DNA of 64,000 nt from an uncultured Bacilli bacterium (GTDB lineage Bacteria > Bacillota_I > Bacilli_A > RF39 > UBA660): NCBI GenBank assembly GCA_947629315.1, contig CANRDB010000003.1, positions 1,718-65,717 on the forward strand, in the 5' to 3' direction. The notes below the pieces were generated by a model. That model was not told where the DNA came from. It saw only the letters and a list, made by a program, of their open reading frames with translations, and did not search any database. Both the position numbers and the translations under genes were made by a program. This document shows positions 57,559 through 64,000 of the stretch, piece after piece (positions within the stretch are counted from its first letter, which is position 1; every line of letters begins with the position of its first letter).

Positions 57559-58377
57559 ATGAAAAAAGTAAAATATTTGGGAGTAGTTTTACTCGTTATG
57601 TTATGTTTAACAGGATGTGGAAAAGATAGTAAGAAAGAAGAAAGTAATACTAATTCAAACACTGATACCAATACTAGTTCTAATGCTAGTGGAAATGTAG
57701 AGTATATCGGAACAAAAGCAGAGGAAAATGCGGATTTAGATGGCGCATTTGCTAATATGAAGAATATTACTAGTTTCAACATGAAGACAACCATGGAAAT
57801 GGAAATGGCCGGTATGGCTTATACAGTAGAATTAGCAGGAGATTTCATTGCTACTAATGAAACTGCTCACTATACCATGAATACATCACAATTAGGACAA
57901 CAAACTGCTATGGAGGTTTATACCGTTGTTAAGGATGGTAAATTGTATACTTATATGACCATGGATGGTGGAAACAACTGGATAGTAACAGAGGGCGAAT
58001 CTGATTATGATGATGGTACCGTTGGTGAGTTTAGTGAAGTTTCAGAAACAGCTTCTGAATACGAATCTGTTATCGAAGTAAAATCAGATATACCAGGAAC
58101 GAAAAAGTATGAAATTACCATTTCTAAAGATGCTTTGAATGAAGAATCAAGTGATGAAACACTCATTGCTAACGATATGGTTATGTATGTCTATACGAAA
58201 GATGGATATGTAAGTCGTATTACTGCTGATTTAGGAAACGTATTTAATGGTGGAGAAGAACTTGCTATTACAAAATATGTCATGACATTCGACATTTCTA
58301 ATTACAATAACGTTTCTGAAATTGTTGTTCCAGAGGATGTTGTGAAAAAAGCAGTACATATGGATACAGAAGGATAA
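57559..58377 (+). CDS. Lipoprotein (hypothetical; LolA/LppX-like fold suspected)
   Basis: GGAGG RBS. Lipobox 'LCLTGC', S/T/N-rich linker, then a beta-rich domain whose layout resembles the 56777 protein. Confidence 0.72.
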   Translation: MKKVKYLGVVLLVMLCLTGCGKDSKKEESNTNSNTDTNTSSNASGNVEYIGTKAEENADLDGAFANMKNITSFNMKTTMEMEMAGMAYTVELAGDFIATNETAHYTMNTSQLGQQTAMEVYTVVKDGKLYTYMTMDGGNNWIVTEGESDYDDGTVGEFSEVSETASEYESVIEVKSDIPGTKKYEITISKDALNEESSDETLIANDMVMYVYTKDGYVSRITADLGNVFNGGEELAITKYVMTFDISNYNNVSEIVVPEDVVKKAVHMDTEG

Positions 58378-58402
58378 AAGAAGAGAAATCTTCTTTTTTT
58401 TC
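58376..58402 (+). terminator. Intrinsic terminator
   Basis: Stem AAGAAGA/TCTTCTT with a GAAA loop and a T8 run. Confidence 0.75.
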
Positions 58403-58470
58403 TGTCTTTGTTTGACTTTTTAATCTTTTTTTTATAAGATAGGTAGCAAAAGAAAGGGGATGGATAGAAA

Positions 58471-61400
58471 ATGATCAAGAAAATAGGGATTATTTTTTTG
58501 GTGATTGTTTTATTGTGGAGTCCTCTTTTTCCTGTCATGAATTCTATGGCTTATACGAAAAAGCAAGTGGTGGAGTTAACGCATGCTCCAGAATTTTATG
58601 GTACGACTGCTATCCGTGTTCCCGTCGGTACTAAAATAGATGTGAAAACAGATGCTCGTTTTCGTATTTTTGCACGTGATTTAGAAGATGGAGATTTAAC
58701 GAGTCAAATTGTTGTTACGAAGAATACGGTTCAAACGAATAAAGTGGGAAACTACCAGATATCTTATCAAGTAACGGATACTAATCATCATACAACCAAG
58801 ATTACAGTTCCTGTATCAGTCGTTTCCGATATAACAGAAATATGGATGGAAAAAACCATGTATACTCTTCCTAATCTAGAGTATTTAGAAGATTTAGGAT
58901 ATTATCGAGGAAATCATCAAGACCGACAAATGATTGGACTTTATTTAGAGCCAGGTGGTTCTTTTGAAATGAGAAAAACATCTGGTCAACAGCCATTAGA
59001 AGTAAAACTACAAAATAATAATGCTCAATATGAATCTTCTATGAAAATCTCCGATACCGTGAAAAGTGAAGAGGATACAGGATGGGTGACTATTCAAAAT
59101 ACGGTTAAAAAGGAAGAAGAACGAGATAGATATCGTAGTGTTCCTACGGTGAAGACCTTATTTCAAGAAGAAAAGGTAACCTATGAAGTAAAATATGATA
59201 AGAAAAATGAGCAAGTAAAAGTTTTACCTTATTATCACCAAAAAGATGGAAGTAGTAGACAAAAAGAATTTTTCAAAGAATGGGATAGTATTCCTCAATC
59301 CTATGCTTTCCTAGAAGGACAATCTGTTGTTATTCTTTTGACACCTGAGGATAGAGAAAAATTGTTTTATAAGGATAATGTCTACAATAAACCGTTTACT
59401 TCCCTAGAGGATATGTTTTCTTGGTGGGATGATGTTACGGAGCAATATGACCGATTGATTGGTTTATCTTCGACGGCCAACAAATATTGGAATCAACAAA
59501 TCAAAACTAAGTATTTTGTCAAAGCCAATGAAAATGGTTATGAGGATATCTACTATGATTACTCTGATTACATTGGTATTGGCAAATCTGTCGTATGGCC
59601 TATTTTCCAAAAAAGTTTTCGTACTCTTCAAGTGATTGCTCAAGGGTATCAAGGAATCAATAACAGTACGGATATTACAGAAGTCATACCAGAATTTTTT
59701 GCTTACTATATTCAGGAAAACACAAAATTATTTCCATATTCGGAAAGTGCGTTAGGAGATATCGATAAACAAGAGGAAACACTTCAATCTTCGCGAATAC
59801 AGAATTCCAAAAACAATCAGGAAATGGGAAAAACCGAACTGTTATACAGTATCGTTAATCTTTTTCAAAATGTAGGAAATGCTAGAGAAATCTATGCTAC
59901 TACACAACAATATTATCGAGAAACTTACGTGACAACTGGTAGGAGATTATCAATGATGGATGCTTTAATAGTGACATTATCAAAGCATTACCATGTGGAT
60001 ACGATTCCCTATTGGCAATCATGGAATAAAGAGATTTCCGAAGAAGTGCATGATGAGGTATTATTGATGGATACCGATATTCTCTATTATTTAAAAGATT
60101 TGGTGAGTGATGATTCCCTTGCTACTTCTTTCAAAAAGAAATATCATAAAGAGGGAGAATATAGTTTAGTATCCTCTCAAGAATTAGCGCATGAAAAACT
60201 AACTGGTACCGTAGAACTTTCTTTTCAAATTAGTCGTTTTTCAGATATTCAAGGAAAATATATCACAATTCAAGATGGTTCTCATACGATTAAAAAAGTA
60301 AAAATTACGGGAGAAAAACTTACTATCCAACTTCCCGTTGGAGTATATAAACTCGCACTTCCTACTCCTCAGCACGCTTATGATTATGAACATAGCTACC
60401 TTATCGTAACGAATCAAGCGACTACGCAAAAGAAGATTGTCTATCGTGATATCGATGATATTTCCTATGAAAACGATATTCTCATTCGCCTATCTGGATA
60501 TTATGGTACGAATTATCCTTTGCAAGTAGAAATCAAAGGAAAAAAATTACAGTTTACGTATCATGGGACAATGCTAAAGAGTGGTGCTGTAAGTGGAGAT
60601 ACTATCTTTTCTAAAGTTACGGTATTGGATTTGCAAGATCATACTATCTATGAAAAAAGTGTCAATGGTGCCTATCAAACTTGGGTGAAGAATACCTCTG
60701 TGAAAGAGGAGGTTGCTATAGAACTTGGATATAAAATTCGTCTTTATTATGCAGGAGATCCGCATGATTTTTCCTTTATAAGTACTTTAACAGAGGAACG
60801 ATTAGAGGACTATGCGATAACAAATAAAGAACGGACATACATAGTGACAGAATATGGGTTAGTACCAGAAGAAATTTATCAAGATAAAGAGACTATCTAT
60901 CAGGCTTATCGGAATCGATTAGAACACTATCTAGTTACTTCTATAGATGGCAAACAAACGAAAGAACTACGCAATCCTTTTGTGAGTCCAAAAAAGAAAA
61001 TGACGATTCTAACATCGATGGAAAAACTAAAAGAAGAGGATAAGAAATCCTATCAAACGATAGCAGATGAAATTGTAACTGGGGGAGTACCGGAAATTCG
61101 TGTGACGAAAGATCACTATGAATGGGATACCAGCGTGCAGAAGTCATTAGATTATTTTACGAAGCAAATTTCCATTGTCGATGAAGAAGATGGAAAAATA
61201 TCGACTTCCAGTGACAATGTCACGATTACCTCCAACATTAAATGGGGAACAGTGGGAACTTATGAAGTGTCCGTTAGAGCTGTCGATAGTGAGGGAAATC
61301 CGTCTACTAAGATTATAAAAGTAGATATTGTAGAAGAAAATATTGATTCAGAAGAAATGCCTCATGATAAGAAACCCGATGAGATAAAATCGCCAATGTC

Positions 61401-61518
61401 AGTAGAACCGACGAATTCTTATTTGCAAAAAGAAGATACCATGGCTTTCCTAGGAATGATTGGAACGGCTATTCTTCTTGTTCTTCTAGAATTTTGTTGG
61501 GGAAAACGAAAAGTATAG
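58471..61518 (+). CDS. 1015-aa secreted, C-terminally anchored surface protein: Ig-like (DUF5011-type) domains flanking a possible M60/enhancin-like core that has no HExxH
   Basis: Signal peptide. Ig-like 'DGDLTSQIVV...VGNYQISYQVTD..H' and a second copy 'DEEDGKIS...VGTYEVSVRAVDSEGN'. 'IGLYLEPGGSFEMRKT' and 'KYFVKANENGYEDIYYD' are M60-like blocks. The expected zinc site reads 'LQVIAQGYQG'. C-terminal TM plus 'GKRKV' with no LPxTG. Confidence 0.75.
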   Translation: MIKKIGIIFLVIVLLWSPLFPVMNSMAYTKKQVVELTHAPEFYGTTAIRVPVGTKIDVKTDARFRIFARDLEDGDLTSQIVVTKNTVQTNKVGNYQISYQVTDTNHHTTKITVPVSVVSDITEIWMEKTMYTLPNLEYLEDLGYYRGNHQDRQMIGLYLEPGGSFEMRKTSGQQPLEVKLQNNNAQYESSMKISDTVKSEEDTGWVTIQNTVKKEEERDRYRSVPTVKTLFQEEKVTYEVKYDKKNEQVKVLPYYHQKDGSSRQKEFFKEWDSIPQSYAFLEGQSVVILLTPEDREKLFYKDNVYNKPFTSLEDMFSWWDDVTEQYDRLIGLSSTANKYWNQQIKTKYFVKANENGYEDIYYDYSDYIGIGKSVVWPIFQKSFRTLQVIAQGYQGINNSTDITEVIPEFFAYYIQENTKLFPYSESALGDIDKQEETLQSSRIQNSKNNQEMGKTELLYSIVNLFQNVGNAREIYATTQQYYRETYVTTGRRLSMMDALIVTLSKHYHVDTIPYWQSWNKEISEEVHDEVLLMDTDILYYLKDLVSDDSLATSFKKKYHKEGEYSLVSSQELAHEKLTGTVELSFQISRFSDIQGKYITIQDGSHTIKKVKITGEKLTIQLPVGVYKLALPTPQHAYDYEHSYLIVTNQATTQKKIVYRDIDDISYENDILIRLSGYYGTNYPLQVEIKGKKLQFTYHGTMLKSGAVSGDTIFSKVTVLDLQDHTIYEKSVNGAYQTWVKNTSVKEEVAIELGYKIRLYYAGDPHDFSFISTLTEERLEDYAITNKERTYIVTEYGLVPEEIYQDKETIYQAYRNRLEHYLVTSIDGKQTKELRNPFVSPKKKMTILTSMEKLKEEDKKSYQTIADEIVTGGVPEIRVTKDHYEWDTSVQKSLDYFTKQISIVDEEDGKISTSSDNVTITSNIKWGTVGTYEVSVRAVDSEGNPSTKIIKVDIVEENIDSEEMPHDKKPDEIKSPMSVEPTNSYLQKEDTMAFLGMIGTAILLVLLEFCWGKRKV

Positions 61519-61543
61519 AACTTACCTTGTGGTAAGTTTTTTT
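61519..61543 (+). terminator. Intrinsic terminator
   Basis: Stem AACTTACC/GGTAAGTT with a TTGT loop and a T run. Confidence 0.8.
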
Positions 61544-61590
61544 GGTACATTTTCATGACTTACGCATACATTAAAGTGAGGAGTGATGAT

Positions 61591-62121
61591 ATGGCAGCCT
61601 ATAAAGAAATTGTAACTAAAGCAATTATCGGAAAAGGGAAGAAAAGTTTTAAGAATAATTATGATTTAGAAGTGGAAGAAACACCTTCAACAGTTCTTGG
61701 ATGCTGGGTTATTAATCATAAATTTAAAGGATATAAAACAGGGGAACAAGTAGGGGTATCGGGAAGTTATGATGTGAATATTTGGTACTCTTATGATCAC
61801 GATAGTAAAACGATGGTGGCAAATAAGAAAGTGGAATACAATGACACCTTTAATGTACGATTGCGCAATCAAGCAGATTTGTCTGATGAGACAGATATTA
61901 TTGTAAGAACCTTATATCAACCAAATTGTTCTGATGTGCGTATCGATGGCAATAAGATTTCATTCACGATTGAGAAAGAATTGGGTGTCGAAATTGTGGG
62001 AGAAACGAAAATGAAGATAGCGATTGAAGAAGAGGAAGACCCATGGGATGTAATTGAGGATGATGTGAAAGAAGAAGATTTAGAGAAAATAGACGAAGAA
62101 GTTCAGGAGGAATATTTATAG
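61591..62121 (+). CDS. cotE: Spore coat morphogenetic protein CotE
   Basis: Trimmed to the ATG at 61591 (GAGGAG RBS). '[15 protein letters not shown]', '[11 protein letters not shown]', 'YDVNIWYSY', 'LYQPNC' and 'EIVGETK' are colinear with B. subtilis CotE, including the acidic C-terminus. Confidence 0.85.
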   Translation: MAAYKEIVTKAIIGKGKKSFKNNYDLEVEETPSTVLGCWVINHKFKGYKTGEQVGVSGSYDVNIWYSYDHDSKTMVANKKVEYNDTFNVRLRNQADLSDETDIIVRTLYQPNCSDVRIDGNKISFTIEKELGVEIVGETKMKIAIEEEEDPWDVIEDDVKEEDLEKIDEEVQEEYL

Positions 62122-62158
62122 TATGTCAACCAAAAATAGTTGACATACTTTTTCTTTT
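62120..62158 (+). terminator. Intrinsic terminator after cotE
   Basis: Perfect 11-bp stem AGTATGTCAAC/GTTGACATACT with an 8-nt loop and a T-rich tail. Confidence 0.8.
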
Positions 62159-62168
62159 GTGTTATTAT
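62140..62168 (+). promoter_or_regulatory. Sigma-A-type promoter for rpsP, with its -35 embedded in the cotE terminator
   Basis: TTGACA (62140-62145), 17-nt spacer ending in TGT (extended -10), TATTAT (62163-62168). Confidence 0.6.
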
Positions 62169-62192
62169 CTTATAGAAACGGAGGAAAATAGT

Positions 62193-62477
62193 ATGGCAGT
62201 TAAATTAAGATTAAGAAGAATGGGAGCTAAGAAGAGACCATTTTATCGTATTGTAGCAGCAGATTCTAGAAGCCCTAGAGATGGAAGATTTATTGAAGAA
62301 ATTGGATATTACAATCCAATTGAAACTCCTGCAGTTATTAAAATTGATGAAGAACGTGCTCTTGCTTGGTTACACAATGGTGCTACTCCTACTGATACAG
62401 TGAGAGACTTATTTAGTAGTGAGGGAATTATGAAAAAATTCCATGAATCTAAAATGACAAAGAAAGAAGATAAATAA
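62193..62477 (+). CDS. rpsP: 30S ribosomal protein S16
   Basis: Trimmed to the ATG at 62193 (GGAGG RBS). '[40 protein letters not shown]'. Confidence 0.95.
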   Translation: MAVKLRLRRMGAKKRPFYRIVAADSRSPRDGRFIEEIGYYNPIETPAVIKIDEERALAWLHNGATPTDTVRDLFSSEGIMKKFHESKMTKKEDK

Positions 62478-62719
62478 TGAATTTAGTAGAATTGACAGAA
62501 TATTTAGTAAAAAATATTGTGAAAGATCCTGCTAGCGTATCTGTTACCAAAAATGAAGAGGATGATTCTATCATTGAAGTATTAGTGGCAGAAGAGGATT
62601 TAGGAGCTGTCATTGGCAGATCTGGAAAAGTTGCGAATTCTATTCGGACATTGGTACAAGCAGCCGCTTATACCAACAAAGAGGGAAGAGTAAGAGTAAA
62701 TATTGATGCGAAAAAGTAG
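62477..62719 (+). CDS. KH-domain RNA-binding protein (YlqC family)
   Basis: TAATG coupling to rpsP. 'VIGRSGKVANSIRTLV' GxxG KH motif. 80 aa. Confidence 0.88.
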   Translation: MNLVELTEYLVKNIVKDPASVSVTKNEEDDSIIEVLVAEEDLGAVIGRSGKVANSIRTLVQAAAYTNKEGRVRVNIDAKK

Positions 62720-62738
62720 TGGAAACACTACTTTTTTG
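62711..62738 (+). terminator. Intrinsic terminator after the KH-domain gene
   Basis: Stem AGTAGTG/CACTACT with a GAAA loop and T5. The stop codon lies within the stem. Confidence 0.75.
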
Positions 62739-62803
62739 AATCTATCTTTCCAATAAAAGAGAATTATGCTATAATGGTATCGAGATAAAACATGGGAGGA
62801 AAC

Positions 62804-63535
62804 ATGAGTGATGAGAATTTGAAAATACCTAATCATGTTGCGTTCATCTTAGATGGAAATGGTCGTTGGGCCCAAGAGAGAGGTTTAACGAGAAGTCAAG
62901 GCCATGAAGCGGGATTTGAAAATTTAAAACGATTGAGTGAATATATATTTTCTAGAGGCGTGAAAGTTTTAAGCGTTTATGCTTTTTCAACGGAAAACTT
63001 TAAGAGAAGTGAACAAGAAGTAAGTTTCTTGATGAATCTTTTTGAACAGAAATTTAAAGAGTATGCCGAGTTGATGAAAAAGAAAAATATTAAAGTTGTC
63101 TTTTCTGGAAAGAAAGAGAATCCACTACCTGCTAAAGTCATTCAATTAATGGTAGAAATCGAGGAAGAAACGAGACAAAATACAAGTGGTATTTTAAATA
63201 TCTGCGTCAATTATGGTGGACATTTGGAAATTGTGGAAGCAACTAAAAAGATAAGTCGTTTAGTGAAAGAGGGAAAACTAAATGTAGAAGATATTACAGA
63301 AGATAGTTTTTACCATTATCTCTTTCAAGATTTACCACCAGTTGATTTCTTGATTCGCACTAGTGGAGAACTTCGTGTTAGTAATTTCATGTTATATCAA
63401 ATTAGCTATGCAGAGATGTATTTTCCTAAAGTATATTTTCCTGCATTTAATGAACAGTGTTTTGATGAGGCTATTTTAGTCTATAATCATAGAGAGCGTA
63501 GGTTTGGAGGTATTATAGATGGTAAGAATTTTTAG
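62804..63535 (+). CDS. uppS: Isoprenyl transferase (undecaprenyl-diphosphate synthase)
   Basis: Trimmed to the ATG at 62804 (GGGAGGA RBS). 'HVAFILDGNGRWA', 'YAFSTENF.R' and 'IRTSGE.R.SNF.L.Q..YAE'. Confidence 0.93.
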   Translation: MSDENLKIPNHVAFILDGNGRWAQERGLTRSQGHEAGFENLKRLSEYIFSRGVKVLSVYAFSTENFKRSEQEVSFLMNLFEQKFKEYAELMKKKNIKVVFSGKKENPLPAKVIQLMVEIEEETRQNTSGILNICVNYGGHLEIVEATKKISRLVKEGKLNVEDITEDSFYHYLFQDLPPVDFLIRTSGELRVSNFMLYQISYAEMYFPKVYFPAFNEQCFDEAILVYNHRERRFGGIIDGKNF

Positions 63536-64000
63536 TGCGATAATTGCATTATTAATCGTCATCCCGTTATTTTTAATGGGGGGACTTGCTTATTCCATTG
63601 GCGTTTTAGTGGTAGCTATGTTAGCATTAAAAGAGTATTTGGATATGAAGGAGCATAAGAAAGAAATTCCTATGTTTATCAAATTGTTAGCGTATCTATT
63701 TATTCCGTTAATTCTTCTTACGGTCAAAGTAGACAAACAGTTTTTATTGGTCATTGACTTTCGTATATTAAGTGGTATCTTCTTGGTATTATTATTGCCA
63801 TTAGTATTATTCCATGAACGAAAAATCTATAGTATTAATGATGCTTGTTATGTGACTTCAGGAGTTCTTTTTATTGGCTTTTCGATGTCTTACTTAATCA
63901 CTTATTACAATTGGAATCGTGATATTTTAATTTATCTATTTTTAATTACTATTTTTACGGATACTTTCGCTCTTATTACCGGTATGTTAGTGGGTAGACA
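63519..64000 (+). CDS. cdsA: Phosphatidate cytidylyltransferase CdsA, 3'-truncated by the window edge (absent from the ORF track)
   Basis: ATG at 63519 overlaps the uppS 3' end. Own translation MVRIFSAIIALLIVIPLFLMGG... is polytopic and ends '...FLITIFTDTFALITGMLVGR' (CdsA 'TD..AY..G' region). uppS-cdsA synteny. Confidence 0.85.
   Translation, partial: MVRIFSAIIALLIVIPLFLMGGLAYSIGVLVVAMLALKEYLDMKEHKKEIPMFIKLLAYLFIPLILLTVKVDKQFLLVIDFRILSGIFLVLLLPLVLFHERKIYSINDACYVTSGVLFIGFSMSYLITYYNWNRDILIYLFLITIFTDTFALITGMLVGR

Noticed and set aside
57372-57794. 140-aa minus-strand ORF spanning the 57488-57558 spacer; also the + strand alternate-frame ORF 57027-57296
   Set aside because: Both overlap two + strand genes that have signal or lipobox features and an RBS. 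The translations are hydrophobic and low-complexity, as is typical of antisense AT-rich DNA.
61380-61518. Possible sortase (LPxTG) anchoring of the 1015-aa protein
   Set aside because: A C-terminal TM plus a basic tail is present, but no LPxTG, NPQTN or SPxTG-like motif precedes it. I call it a TM anchor only.
1-64000. CRISPR arrays, rRNA genes, IS elements, prophage or integrase genes
   Set aside because: I looked for them and saw none. The only repeats are short in-frame tandem repeats within two coding regions, and the only stable RNA gene is tRNA-Ser.

Overview
AT-rich, gene-dense chromosomal segment from a spore-forming low-GC Firmicute. G+C is roughly one third by eye (not computed) and about 95% of genes are on the + strand. 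The content is mainly core housekeeping. It reads as a string of short blocks that each match Bacillus subtilis local gene order as I recall it: rbgA; mrnC-rlmB-sigH...secE-nusG-rplKAJL-methyltransferase-rpoBC; clpC; gltX; spoIIAA-sigF plus a dac gene; rnc; prfB...ftsEX; yunB...yutD; tmcAL(ylbM)-yceD(ylbN)-rpmF; tyrS/rpsD/ezrA...thiI-SASP; miaB...cotE; rpsP-KH; uppS-cdsA. Sporulation genes are scattered throughout (cse60, spoIIAA, sigF, dac, yunB, an alpha/beta SASP, cotE). RNA and regulatory elements I can support are one tRNA-Ser(GCU), a Tyr T-box leader, an L10-leader-like attenuator, an rpsD leader, the prfB +1 frameshift site, and many sigma-A-type promoters and intrinsic terminators. The ORF track missed three genes: secE and cse60 (both under 60 aa) and the open-ended 5' part of cdsA. 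I saw no transposase, integrase, phage gene, CRISPR array or rRNA. I did not find an obvious defence island. The most unusual loci sit at the junctions between syntenic blocks: (1) a spoIIAA-sigF pair with no room for the SpoIIAB anti-sigma kinase and an unknown gene coupled upstream; (2) a Tyr T-box in front of deoC-tyrS, where DeoC carries a Cys/His tail; (3) three secreted-protein genes inserted between miaB and cotE, including a 1015-aa possible M60/enhancin-like protein with no HExxH motif; (4) an SDR plus an unknown 307-aa protein inserted between sigH and secE; (5) a ZnuA-fold lipoprotein lacking its metal ligands, coupled to yidD; (6) a YdjG/YdjH-like zinc-ribbon/TPM pair without pspA or ydjI. 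All family assignments come from motif recognition by eye and need HMM or BLAST confirmation.
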